Shown: piece by piece, positions 17,868 to 27,570 of the stretch
Layout of the letters: every line of letters begins with the position of its first letter
Position numbering within the stretch: the first letter of the stretch is position 1
Origin: an uncultured Gammaproteobacteria bacterium
Lineage (GTDB): Bacteria > Pseudomonadota > Gammaproteobacteria > Magnimaribacterales > TMED112
Direction: 5' to 3'
Length of the DNA stretch: 64,000 nt
NCBI GenBank assembly: GCA_913052565.1
Contig: CAJXFH010000002.1
Coordinates: forward strand, 39,324-103,323
Notes under the pieces: model-generated
Databases searched by the model: none
What the model saw: only the letters and a program-made list of their open reading frames with translations
Told to the model about the DNA's origin: nothing
Translations under genes and position numbers: made by a program

Positions 17868-18697
17868 TTAACCGAGTCTACAGTAATTATTGACTTATCA
17901 TCTATATTAATTGCAGCCAATGACCCTCCCCAAACACATCCAAGATCAATTCCTTTAATTCTATTATGATTAGTTACTCCATTGAGTGCTGCCCAATGGC
18001 CAAAAATTATATTTTCTATGTCTTTTAAGCATCTATGCTCAAATGCAAACCATGGCTTAAATTTTTTTGAACCAGATTTTTTTAATTTTGTTTGAAGATC
18101 AAGTTTGTTTTTATCAGATATAAATCTCATGCGAGTGAATACATTTACAAGGTATCTTCTTCTATTTTTTTTGTTTGTTGATTTCGATATAGCCTTACTT
18201 CTGTCACTATACATGGTTGAAAAAAATTCTTCTGGGTCTTTCCTGAGATCATGCATGAGTTCATCATTTGATGCTTGAATGTCTATATCACTCCATGAAG
18301 GAAGAACACCAGCATGTACTACTAAGGTTTTTTTATTTTTGTATGACATAAGCTTTGCAAAAGAAAAGCCGAGGAAATGTTCTATGATCTCAATTTGTTT
18401 ATTTTTACTTATTACTTTTTTTAGGGTGTCCTTTTTTCCATGCTTTCTCTGTCCAAGTAATATCGCCATAAGATGTAAGTCATGATTGCCATAAACACTC
18501 TGTATATTATTTTCTAAGACATAGTCGATCATTTTCTCTGACTCAGGCCCTCTATTTACTAGGTCTCCAACACAAAAGATTTTATTTTCTTTATTTGGAT
18601 CAATAAGTTTTATAAGATTTCTAAATTCTTTATAGCAGCCCTGAATATCGCCAATTACGAATTTAGATTTCGTTTTCATAATATTTAAGTATTTCAA
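17864..18697 (-). CDS. apaH: Bis(5'-nucleosyl)-tetraphosphatase, symmetrical
   Basis: [54 protein letters not shown]. The start may be internal (MKTKSKFV...). Confidence 0.94.
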   Translation of the reverse strand: MKYLNIMKTKSKFVIGDIQGCYKEFRNLIKLIDPNKENKIFCVGDLVNRGPESEKMIDYVLENNIQSVYGNHDLHLMAILLGQRKHGKKDTLKKVISKNKQIEIIEHFLGFSFAKLMSYKNKKTLVVHAGVLPSWSDIDIQASNDELMHDLRKDPEEFFSTMYSDRSKAISKSTNKKNRRRYLVNVFTRMRFISDKNKLDLQTKLKKSGSKKFKPWFAFEHRCLKDIENIIFGHWAALNGVTNHNRIKGIDLGCVWGGSLAAINIDDKSIITVDSVK

Positions 18698-19427
18698 AAT
18701 AATGATTTATCTCAAGATCTTCAGCTCTTGAGGTTTCATCAAACGAATAAACTTTCTCATCCAAGTTCATTTGCTTAAGAGCGTGTTTAATCTGCTTTCT
18801 TGGATTTTGAAAACATCTAGATAATATTTTTTTAAAGCTAGGATAAGAGTTATAAAATTCTTCATACTTTTTGTTTGGAGTTATCTTTATAAGTGTTGAA
18901 AAAACTTTCGGTTCTGGATCAAATGCTCCAGGAGGAATATCAAACAACTTTTCAATTTCTGTGAAAATTTTGCTCTGTATTGATATTTTTGTAGATTTAT
19001 TTTCAGGCACAAATCTATTAGCCAGCTCTTTTTGAATTAAGAAAATACAACTTTCAAAATTAATATTAGATTCGATTATTTTTAGAATAATTTGTGAGGA
19101 AACATTGTAAGGAAGGTTTCCTACTATTATTGGGTTTAAAAATTTTAGTTCTTTCAAGTTGACACTAAGAAAGTCAGCGCATTTAACTTGGAAAGCTTTT
19201 TTTTCAAAATCTTTTGTGAGTTTTGTAGCAAATCTTTCATCTATTTCAAAAGCCAAAGTATCTTTTGCTTGTTCAACGATTAATTTTGTTAAAGCACCAT
19301 CACCAGGGCCAATTTCTATGACTTCAGACTTACTGTTGATACCAGAACTTTTATATATTTTTTCTAAAAAAACAGCATCTTGTAAAAAATTTTGTCCTAA
19401 AGATTTTTTAAGTTTCATTTGATGCAA
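18663..19427 (-). CDS. rsmA: 16S rRNA adenine dimethyltransferase
   Basis: KKSLGQNFLQD, VIEIGPGDGALTKLI, IVGNLPYNVSSQIILK. Confidence 0.96.
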   Translation of the reverse strand: MHQMKLKKSLGQNFLQDAVFLEKIYKSSGINSKSEVIEIGPGDGALTKLIVEQAKDTLAFEIDERFATKLTKDFEKKAFQVKCADFLSVNLKELKFLNPIIVGNLPYNVSSQIILKIIESNINFESCIFLIQKELANRFVPENKSTKISIQSKIFTEIEKLFDIPPGAFDPEPKVFSTLIKITPNKKYEEFYNSYPSFKKILSRCFQNPRKQIKHALKQMNLDEKVYSFDETSRAEDLEINHYFEILKYYENEI

Positions 19428-20379
19428 TTGAAATTTTAAGTGCTTTAGCCATACTTTTGTAATTGGCGATTAACTTATCAGCAATTCCTTCTGCAGTTCC
19501 ATGATCAACAGAAACTCTCATAAATGGTAATCCAAGAGTAATATTTACAGTATTTTCAAAATCAAGTGTTTTAAGAACTGGTAAAGCTTGATCGTGATAC
19601 ATTGAGAGAATGCCGTCATACTTTTCATGTGAAAATGCTGTATCAGCAGGGATTGGACCTATTGCATCATAACCATCACTTTTTAGTTCATTGATTGCAG
19701 GAATGATTTCATTCTGTTCTTCATTTCCAAAAGAACCAGACTCACCAGCATGTGGATTTAATCCTAAAACACCAATTTTTGGATTTTGTTTGCCATATAT
19801 ATTTTCTATTCCATGACACAGAAGTTTAAATTTTGTTTTAACTAATTCTTTTTTAATTAAATTAGGCACTTCTCTCAAAGCAACATGAGTAGTAGCAACA
19901 CCTATGTTTAACTTGCCATTAGTTAACAGCATTAATACTTCACTAGATGAAAACCTCTCTTTCAAGAACTCAGTGTGACCCATAAAATTTTTAATATGGT
20001 CCTGAATAACACTTTTTTTGATTGGTCCAGTTACTAGATAGCCAGATTGTTCGTTCGCGGCATCACTTGCAATTTTTAAACAATCAATTACATACTTTGC
20101 ATTATCTTTATTTGGTGAGCCTAAAACATAATCAGCACACCCATCAACATCTATCAAATTGATGTGATATTTAAGAGCTTCATTACCCTCGCTAATTATA
20201 TTTATTGGAATCTCATTATTCATACGCGAAAGCATATTAGCTATTACTTTTCGAGAACAGACAACGATTATTGAATCTAATTTTGAATGTATGACATTAT
20301 CTTTTAGTGACTTTATAAATACTTCTGGACCTATTCCGGCAGGGTCGCCTAGAGATACAAAAACTGGCACGCTTATCAA
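19408..20379 (-). CDS. pdxA: 4-hydroxythreonine-4-phosphate dehydrogenase
   Basis: VSLGDPAGIGPEV, GHTEFL, LGLNPHAGESGSFG, GPIPADTAF, HDQALPVLK. Confidence 0.96.
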   Translation of the reverse strand: MISVPVFVSLGDPAGIGPEVFIKSLKDNVIHSKLDSIIVVCSRKVIANMLSRMNNEIPINIISEGNEALKYHINLIDVDGCADYVLGSPNKDNAKYVIDCLKIASDAANEQSGYLVTGPIKKSVIQDHIKNFMGHTEFLKERFSSSEVLMLLTNGKLNIGVATTHVALREVPNLIKKELVKTKFKLLCHGIENIYGKQNPKIGVLGLNPHAGESGSFGNEEQNEIIPAINELKSDGYDAIGPIPADTAFSHEKYDGILSMYHDQALPVLKTLDFENTVNITLGLPFMRVSVDHGTAEGIADKLIANYKSMAKALKISIASNET

Positions 20380-20380
20380 A

Positions 20381-21613
20381 TTATTTAATTTCTATAAAAG
20401 CTTCTGCTTTTAACTCTTGAAGGTCAGATTCTAGCTCTTCATCAAATTTTCTATTAAAAAGATATGAAAAAGCCCTGTCTTCAACTCTTTCATTTGTTTT
20501 GTCTTCAACTCTTGTTCCCAATACCTCAAGTATGTGCCACCCAAATTGACTTAAAAAAGGCTCGGTTATTACATTTAAATCAGATTTCATCATTTGTCTT
20601 TCAAATTCTGGATCATATACACCTTCACCAGCCCAACCAAGATTACCGCCTTCTTGCTTAGACCCCGGATCATCAGAATATATAGATGCGAGTTCATCAA
20701 AACTTTCACCGTCTAGTATTCTTTTTCTCAATTCTGTAATGAGTTCTTCACTGGCTTCGTCAGGCCTAATTCGATTAGGAATCAGTAATATATGTCTTAC
20801 ATCCCATTGTTTTTCAAAAGTTACAGTATTTCCTCTTTTGTCTTCAAGATAAAGTATATGATCACCAGCACCACTTCTAATTGGCATAGCTAGCTCCCCA
20901 ATCTTCATTTCTTTCAAAGTATCTGTGAAAAGATCTGGGAATCCAGGAAGCTTTCTCCATCCAAGATCACCAGCACCTTCTGAGAACTCTGTTATGTAGT
21001 TGTCTATATTTTTCCCTTCTGCTAAACCATTTAAAACTTCTTCATAAACATCATCTGAATTTTTTTCTGAGCTAGTTCTTATTAAGATTTGTCTTACTTT
21101 TAGTTCAGGACCCAATTGGTTCTGAGCTTCTTCAGTATTTAGAAAATTATCTAATTCTTCTCTGCTTATAGAGATTTTGTTTTGTATTCTTCCCTGTTGA
21201 ACCCGATTGATTTTAAGATTTTTTCTGATTTCTTCTCTGAGATCTGAATATGAATCACCTCTATCTTCAACAACTTTGATAAATTCTTCGATGTCGAGAT
21301 TATTTTGTTGAGCAAGTCTTTTAACTGTTACATTGAGCTCTTCATCACTTATCTTTATACCGACTTTATCTGCAATTTGTAGTTGGATCTCAGCGATGAT
21401 TAGATCGTCAACGATGGTTTCTCGCAGTTCTTCATCTGAAGGGATTCTATCTCCATTAAGTGTCGCGTTTTTTTTGAATTCAGACATTCTTTGTAAAATA
21501 TCTGATTCCAAAACTACACCGTCATTTACAATTACCGCAACCCTGTCCAATTCTTGCGACATTATGCTCAAAGGCAAAAGAAAAAGTACCAAGTATCTAA
21601 TTAAATAAACCAT
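20381..21613 (-). CDS. surA: Periplasmic chaperone/peptidyl-prolyl isomerase SurA
   Basis: Signal peptide, DRVAVIVNDGVVLESDILQRM, and two parvulin domains (SAGAGDHILYLEDKR; SDDPGSKQEGGNLGWAGEG...FGWHILEVLG). Adjacent to lptD. Confidence 0.95.
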   Translation of the reverse strand: MVYLIRYLVLFLLPLSIMSQELDRVAVIVNDGVVLESDILQRMSEFKKNATLNGDRIPSDEELRETIVDDLIIAEIQLQIADKVGIKISDEELNVTVKRLAQQNNLDIEEFIKVVEDRGDSYSDLREEIRKNLKINRVQQGRIQNKISISREELDNFLNTEEAQNQLGPELKVRQILIRTSSEKNSDDVYEEVLNGLAEGKNIDNYITEFSEGAGDLGWRKLPGFPDLFTDTLKEMKIGELAMPIRSGAGDHILYLEDKRGNTVTFEKQWDVRHILLIPNRIRPDEASEELITELRKRILDGESFDELASIYSDDPGSKQEGGNLGWAGEGVYDPEFERQMMKSDLNVITEPFLSQFGWHILEVLGTRVEDKTNERVEDRAFSYLFNRKFDEELESDLQELKAEAFIEIK

Positions 21614-23489
21614 TATTAATAATATTATCTATTGGAGTGAGTATATTTGTAAGTCCTACTAACTCAAATTCAAAGCTAAGGTTATTTTTTACTTTAGGAT
21701 TAGTCAAATTTACAAGATCAAAATAAGTTGTTTCAGCATAATTTGGGTCAATAAAAGGAAAAAATCGTGCTCTTTCAGCACTCAATCTCAGTCTTAGACA
21801 ATCATATTCCCATTCAATACCAAGAATATTTTCATTAACAGTATCTTTATCTCTTGAATATTGGGCTCTTGAAAATACTTTAAATTTTTGAAAATCCTTT
21901 TTAAATTTAAGCATGTAATTATCAATTGGTTTCAATGGATAGCTTGAAGGTATTAGGTTATTTTTTTGAAAAGAAAAAAATGTAGAATCATTTTTGAAAC
22001 TTACACCAGCCATAAGAGCTAGAAAATCGCTCTTTTCATAACTATAGTTACCTTTCGCAAAAAAATTAAAATTTGAATTTTTAGTTGTCAAAGAAAAGAA
22101 AATTGGATCTTTGTCATAAAATTTCTTAAAGATCATACTCTCATTGGCAAAGTTATACTTTTCATAAAGATTTGTAGATATCGAAAAATTCATTCCATCA
22201 GTCATCCAATTTTTTGAAATGAAAAGCTTTCTGGAATTTGCTGTTCTATCTTTTCCTACCCATGGCATAAGAGACATATTAGATTCAGGAGAGGGGTTTA
22301 AGGGGTATGAATCTAGTATTGGTAGATCTTTTTCATCTTCAAATGTTGACCAAATAACACCAATTTTTAAGCTGTTGTCCTGTAATAGGGAAAACATTTG
22401 TCTCGTTGAAAAATTTGTAGATGTTCTTTCACGATTTTGATCCAAGACAATGTCTTCTTTTTTTATGAATTCATATTCTCTGTGACTAATCAAATATTGG
22501 CTTGAATAAGTTGCTGAATTAAATTTTATATTCCTATTTACATAAATATCCCTGGATACTCTTTCTGCCTCTTGTACCACTTCATAGGGCATCATTAGTT
22601 CAAAAGGCGAGTTATTCTCAAATTTTGCAAACTCAGTATTAACATCAATGCCCCAATTGCCAAATACAAAGTATCTTTCGTAAAGAATATAATCTTTTGA
22701 GTGAGAAACAGGCCGCAATGCACCAATATTTACAAAGTTATCTGCAAAAATAGATAAATTTCTATTGTCTTTCAAAACTGAAATACCTATTGATTGTTTT
22801 AAATCCAGGCTTCTTCTATTTATATCTAGATATTTGTAACCATAATTTTGTATAAGTGAATTACCACTAAGGTCTGAATAATCGAGGGTTAAAGATACTG
22901 ATTCATTTAGATTTATTATGGAATCAATGTCATACACCCATGAACTATTTTCGTCATCCAGAGCAAGGCTTTTAAAGTTGAAATTATTCAGACCATCATC
23001 AAATCCAAAATCCATAGAAAGGCCAAAAGATGAATTTGTGTAAATAGGCTCTATAGTGAAGACCGAATTTTCAGTTTTTGTTTTAAATTTATAACTTATA
23101 TCTAAATTTGAATCAGTAACTCCAAGATTTGGAATATTAAAATTATCTTCTTCATTAATGCTTACTTCGCCTAACCAGAATATTGGTAGGCCAAAAATAC
23201 GAAGTTTTGTATTTTTAATTGTAAGACTTTCACCATTCAGCTCAGCTTGTTCAGCAGTTAAATCCCAAACAGAACTATTTTTACATGAGGTAACCTTAAC
23301 TTTTTCAAGCTCGAGCAAATCATCTGTGCTTACTGCTCTCTCAAAACTTAGATCAATTGAATCTGTAACTGATAATTCTCCCTGATTTATTTCAAAATTT
23401 GCTTTACTGTCGCCTTCATGACACTCAGGCTTTGCGAAAAATGAACAAAGAAAGAGAAATAACAAAAACAGATTATTAACTTTTGGCAT
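21597..23489 (-). CDS. lptD: LPS-assembly outer-membrane protein LptD
   Basis: Signal peptide, LptA-like N-domain (ELSVTDSIDLSFERAV...), long beta-rich barrel, and surA-adjacent position. Confidence 0.85.
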   Translation of the reverse strand: MPKVNNLFLLFLFLCSFFAKPECHEGDSKANFEINQGELSVTDSIDLSFERAVSTDDLLELEKVKVTSCKNSSVWDLTAEQAELNGESLTIKNTKLRIFGLPIFWLGEVSINEEDNFNIPNLGVTDSNLDISYKFKTKTENSVFTIEPIYTNSSFGLSMDFGFDDGLNNFNFKSLALDDENSSWVYDIDSIINLNESVSLTLDYSDLSGNSLIQNYGYKYLDINRRSLDLKQSIGISVLKDNRNLSIFADNFVNIGALRPVSHSKDYILYERYFVFGNWGIDVNTEFAKFENNSPFELMMPYEVVQEAERVSRDIYVNRNIKFNSATYSSQYLISHREYEFIKKEDIVLDQNRERTSTNFSTRQMFSLLQDNSLKIGVIWSTFEDEKDLPILDSYPLNPSPESNMSLMPWVGKDRTANSRKLFISKNWMTDGMNFSISTNLYEKYNFANESMIFKKFYDKDPIFFSLTTKNSNFNFFAKGNYSYEKSDFLALMAGVSFKNDSTFFSFQKNNLIPSSYPLKPIDNYMLKFKKDFQKFKVFSRAQYSRDKDTVNENILGIEWEYDCLRLRLSAERARFFPFIDPNYAETTYFDLVNLTNPKVKNNLSFEFELVGLTNILTPIDNIINNGLFN

Positions 23490-23529
23490 ATCCTTGTATT
23501 ATAGGACTTATACAAATAAAAAAAGTTTT

Positions 23530-24387
23530 ATGAGCCTTAAAGATAAAGTAATTTTCATGACAGGGGGCAGCAGAGGCATTGGCTTGGCTATTGCCTTAAA
23601 AGCCGCAAAAGATGGTGCAAATGTTGCAATTGCTGCTAAAACAGTTGAGCCACACCCAAAGCTTGAAGGAACAATTTTTACAGCTGCAGAAGAAATAGAA
23701 AAAGCTGGAGGCAGAGCATTGCCAGTTCAATGTGACATTCGGTTTGAAGAGAGTGTAAATGAAGCAGTTAAAAAGACAGTTGAAGCATTTGGTGGAATAG
23801 ATATATGTATTAACAATGCATCAGCAATAAGCCTAACACCAACTCTTCAAACAGATATGAAAAGATATGATCTAATGCATAGCATTAATGGAAGAGGTAC
23901 ATTTCTTACAAGCAAGATATGTATTCCTCATCTGCTTAATTCTTCTAATCCACACATTATAAATCTAGCTCCACCACTTGATATGAATCCAGTTTGGTTT
24001 CAAGGCTCATTAGCATACACCATGGCTAAATATAATATGAGCATGTGTGTCTTAGGTATGGCCGCAGAATATCAAGGTCAAATAGGGGTAAACGCACTTT
24101 GGCCAAGAACAGCAATTAAAACAGCAGCAGTAGCAAATGTTCTAGGTGGCACGGAAATGTATGAAAAGTCGAGGAATCCAGAAATTATGGCAGATGCAGC
24201 TTACATAATAATGAATAAAGACCATAAAAGTTTTACTGGAAACTTTTTAATTGATGATAGCCTTTTGGCTGAAAATGGTGAAACTGACTTTAAACAATAT
24301 GCAGATTTTCCTTTTGATGAATTAATGCCAGATTTCTTTGTGCCTGCAGAAGGCTATCCTGTTCCAAAAATAGTCAAAGAGAGTTGA
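23530..24387 (+). CDS. Short-chain dehydrogenase (HSDL2-like SDR)
   Basis: MSLKDKVIFMTGGSRGIGLAIALKAAKDGANVAIAAKTVEPHPKLEGTIFTAAEEIEKAGG...NNASAIS...YTMAKYNMSMC. The ATG at 23530 is a better start than 23494. Confidence 0.9.
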   Translation: MSLKDKVIFMTGGSRGIGLAIALKAAKDGANVAIAAKTVEPHPKLEGTIFTAAEEIEKAGGRALPVQCDIRFEESVNEAVKKTVEAFGGIDICINNASAISLTPTLQTDMKRYDLMHSINGRGTFLTSKICIPHLLNSSNPHIINLAPPLDMNPVWFQGSLAYTMAKYNMSMCVLGMAAEYQGQIGVNALWPRTAIKTAAVANVLGGTEMYEKSRNPEIMADAAYIIMNKDHKSFTGNFLIDDSLLAENGETDFKQYADFPFDELMPDFFVPAEGYPVPKIVKES

Positions 24388-25310
24388 AGAACATAGCTGA
24401 AGCATCTGAGTGGCTAAGCAGCATAATAGGCACAAAAAATTTCAATATCGAACCATTAAGAAAAGAAGCAAGTCAAAGAGCATATTTTAGAGTCAGATCA
24501 GAGAAAAATTCATTTGTATTGTGTGATAATTTCGATGAAAAAGAAGTGCCGGCAAAATATTTATATGCCACAAAAATCCTTCAAAAAAACTCAGTAAATG
24601 TACCAGAAATACTAGGTTTTTCAGAATCTTTGCGTTTTATTTTATTAGAGGACCTTGGTGACCAAACGTTAGATATAAATAAATCACAATCACATGAGAA
24701 GGTCCTAAATGAAGCCTTGATACAATTAAGCCTAATTAAATTTTCAGAACAAGATGTTCTTAAATCATTCTCAGAAAATGATCTTTTAGCACAAACAAAA
24801 AAATTCATTACTTTTTGCAATGAACAAAATTTAGACGAAGAAGATATAAATTTAATTAACAACCTAAGAGAAGATTTAGTGCAAAACCTCATGGGTCAAC
24901 AATTTGTTCCTACTCACAATGATTTTGAAAGAAGAAACTTAATTTATCACAACGAGGAGATATATGTTATTGATTTTCAGGATCTAAATATAGCTCCCAT
25001 AGGTATAGATTTGGCTTCAATACTATTCGAACATAATTTCAATTACGAAGATGAAACTATTTCAAAATTATTAAGTAAACATATAAATTCAAACGGCTTT
25101 CAAATAAGTATTGATGAATTAAAGCGCCATATTATGCAAGCTCTTGCTCATCGTTCGATGAGAATCGTCGGAACTTTTAATGAATATTTTAAAAAAGGTA
25201 TTGCTTTAAATAGACAGAAGGATATAAAAAATTTTTTACAAAGAATTATCTTGAGTCTGGAGTACCTTGATAAGAATAATTCAGCAATAATAATAAAAAA
25301 GATTTTATGA
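24384..25310 (+). CDS. amgK: Aminoglycoside phosphotransferase-like kinase, probable N-acetylmuramate/N-acetylglucosamine kinase
   Basis: EASQRAYFRVRSEKNSFVLCDNFDEK..FILLEDLGDQTLD...FVPTHNDFERRNLIYHNEEIYVIDFQDLNIAPIGIDLAS. Directly upstream of a MurU homologue. Confidence 0.85.
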   Translation: MKNIAEASEWLSSIIGTKNFNIEPLRKEASQRAYFRVRSEKNSFVLCDNFDEKEVPAKYLYATKILQKNSVNVPEILGFSESLRFILLEDLGDQTLDINKSQSHEKVLNEALIQLSLIKFSEQDVLKSFSENDLLAQTKKFITFCNEQNLDEEDINLINNLREDLVQNLMGQQFVPTHNDFERRNLIYHNEEIYVIDFQDLNIAPIGIDLASILFEHNFNYEDETISKLLSKHINSNGFQISIDELKRHIMQALAHRSMRIVGTFNEYFKKGIALNRQKDIKNFLQRIILSLEYLDKNNSAIIIKKIL

Positions 25311-25951
25311 AAGCCATGATTCTAGCTGCAGGTTTTGGGAAAAGGCTTGGAGATATTACAGAGAATAAACCAAAACCGCTTGTACAAGTACAGGGCAAGT
25401 GTCTGATTGATCACCACATAGAGAAACTCCTTTTTGCAAAGATCAAACAAATCACAATTAATACTCATTATCTAGCTGAGCAAATAGCAAACCATGTCAC
25501 AAGCAAATATTCTGATTCAGCAGACATTTCAATTGTTTATGAGAAAGAAATTCTTGGCACAGGAGGAGGGATCTTAAATGCAACAAAAAATTTTGGTTCA
25601 GAAGATTTTGTTGTTATTAATTCAGATATTTACTCAGATTATGACTATTCAAAATTTAAAAATAAATCTTCAACGAAAGTATTTGTTGTTCCAAATGACA
25701 ATAACTCAGGTGATTTCACCGTTAAGGATGGAACAGTAATGCTTGGTGAGAAAAAAGATTTTACTTGGACAGGATTCAGCGTAATTAATAGAGATATTAT
25801 TATGAGCTGCCAAAAAGAAAAATTTCATTACTGGGAAGATTGTTTAAAAATTCATGCAGCCAGTAATATGCTTGAAGCAGAAATACTTAATATAAATTGG
25901 TATGATGTTGGAAGCATTGATGTCCTGAATTATTTAAATAAAGAATCGTGA
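25307..25951 (+). CDS. murU: Nucleotidyltransferase, probable N-acetylmuramate-1-phosphate uridylyltransferase
   Basis: MKAMILAAGFGKRLGDITENKPKPLVQVQGKCLIDHHIEKL...ILGTGGGILNA. Confidence 0.88.
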   Translation: MKAMILAAGFGKRLGDITENKPKPLVQVQGKCLIDHHIEKLLFAKIKQITINTHYLAEQIANHVTSKYSDSADISIVYEKEILGTGGGILNATKNFGSEDFVVINSDIYSDYDYSKFKNKSSTKVFVVPNDNNSGDFTVKDGTVMLGEKKDFTWTGFSVINRDIIMSCQKEKFHYWEDCLKIHAASNMLEAEILNINWYDVGSIDVLNYLNKES

Positions 25952-26607
25952 GTAAAATTATTGCCCCTTCCATTTTATCAGCAGATTTTTCTAGGTTGGG
26001 TGAAGAGGTCAGAGCAGTATTGGATGCTGGTGCTGATTGGGTTCATTTTGATGTCATGGACAATCATTATGTTCCAAACCTCACAATAGGACCTATGGTA
26101 TGCAAGTCCCTTAGAAACTATGGAATTGATGAATTTATTGATGTCCATTTAATGGTTAAACCTGTTGATCCTTTGATAAAAATGTTCATTGATTCAGGAG
26201 CTGACCTAATTTCATTCCATCCTGAAGCAACGGATGATTTGGATGCAACATTAAAACTGATTAAAGATTCAGGCTGTAAGGCTGGCATAGCAGTTAATCC
26301 AGAAGAAGACATTTCAATTGCAAAAAAGTATATAGAAGATATTGATCTTGTTTTACTTATGTCTGTAAATCCAGGATTTGGTGGTCAAAAATTTATTGAA
26401 CCAGTCTTGGAGAAAATAAAAATGATGAGAAGCTTCATTGATCAGTCAAAAAATAATGTCCATCTAGAAGTAGATGGTGGCATAAATGTTGATAATATTA
26501 ATGAGGTTTGCGTAGCTGGAGCTGATACGTTTGTCTTGGGCTCAGCAATTTTTAATACAGATGATTACTCGGATACTATTTCTGCTCTTCGCAACAATAT
26601 CGCTTGA
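25948..26607 (+). CDS. rpe: Ribulose-phosphate 3-epimerase
   Basis: APSILSADFSRLGEEVRAVLDAGADWVHFDVMDNHYVPNLTIGP...LLMSVNPGFGGQKF...EVDGGIN. Confidence 0.97.
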   Translation: MSKIIAPSILSADFSRLGEEVRAVLDAGADWVHFDVMDNHYVPNLTIGPMVCKSLRNYGIDEFIDVHLMVKPVDPLIKMFIDSGADLISFHPEATDDLDATLKLIKDSGCKAGIAVNPEEDISIAKKYIEDIDLVLLMSVNPGFGGQKFIEPVLEKIKMMRSFIDQSKNNVHLEVDGGINVDNINEVCVAGADTFVLGSAIFNTDDYSDTISALRNNIA

Positions 26608-26971
26608 AGCAGACGTTAAAAAAATTGAAGCAATTATTGCTAATCAAAAGGTTTATCTTTCAGTAGCAGATACACAATCACTGAGAAAAAAAGGCTTAAT
26701 GGGTATAAAAGAACTTGAGGCTGATAGCGGTATGATCTTTCTCTGGCCAAATGCCTCAAAGAAATGCATGTGGATGAAAGATACTTTAATTGATTTATCA
26801 GTAGCCTTTATTACAAATGATAAAAAAATTACTGAAATTAAAAATCTTCAAGCTGGGAATCTAGAATCTGTGTGTTCTAGCGACAGGAATGTAATAGCTG
26901 CTATTGAAATGAATAAAGATTGGTTCAAGGAAAATAAAGTTTTTCGAGGATCAGCTGTAAGGTTTCTTTAG
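26561..26971 (+). CDS. DUF192 family exported protein
   Basis: Signal peptide MITRILFLLFATISLEA then VYLSVADTQSLRKKGLMGIKELEADSGMIFLWPNASKKCMWMKDTLIDLSVAFI (DUF192 motif). Confidence 0.85.
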   Translation: MITRILFLLFATISLEADVKKIEAIIANQKVYLSVADTQSLRKKGLMGIKELEADSGMIFLWPNASKKCMWMKDTLIDLSVAFITNDKKITEIKNLQAGNLESVCSSDRNVIAAIEMNKDWFKENKVFRGSAVRFL

Positions 26972-27570
26972 AAATACCTGCTTAGCGTAGTCATTATCTT
27001 TGACGTAGCTGTCATCATGCCCTTGACTGGAGGAGGCAGCTCTTGGCTTCCGTGATCTTTAGCTTCTTGACCATGGATTTCTTCCTCTTCAAGCATCTTT
27101 TGTAGAATTTCTCTACTTTTTGTATCTTTAGGCGACATTTCTTTCAAATGTCTTTTGAGATGTTCAACAACTTGTTTTTCAGTTTCCTCAACAAACCCAA
27201 GACTTGTAGCATCACCAATTAAAGCAGCTACTGAACCTAACGTAAAAGAGCCAGCATAATATAAAGGATCCATAAGAGATTTTTTTCCGCCCAGCTCGTC
27301 TAATCTTTTGCTACACCACTCAAGGTGAGCAAACTCTTCATCACCTGCTTTTATTAAATGTTTTTTTACTTCAGGAGTATTTGAAAAAAAAGCCTGGCCC
27401 CTATACAGCGCCTGAGCAGACACCTCACCAGAAGCATTTACTCGCATTAAAGATATAGATTTTTGTCTTTCTTCATCTGTAAGTGTTTCGTCCAATTTAC
27501 CTTTGTTGGAGTATGTGATTGTTTTTAAAAAATGATTTAATTCAGTTGCAATTTTATCTCTAAGATTCAT
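26968..27570 (-). CDS. coq7: Coq7/demethoxyubiquinone hydroxylase-like diiron protein
   Basis: LMRVNASGEVSAQALYRGQAFF, EEFAHLEWCSKRLDELGG, VEETEKQVVEHLKRHL, MLEEEEIHGQEA. Confidence 0.9.
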   Translation of the reverse strand: MNLRDKIATELNHFLKTITYSNKGKLDETLTDEERQKSISLMRVNASGEVSAQALYRGQAFFSNTPEVKKHLIKAGDEEFAHLEWCSKRLDELGGKKSLMDPLYYAGSFTLGSVAALIGDATSLGFVEETEKQVVEHLKRHLKEMSPKDTKSREILQKMLEEEEIHGQEAKDHGSQELPPPVKGMMTATSKIMTTLSRYF

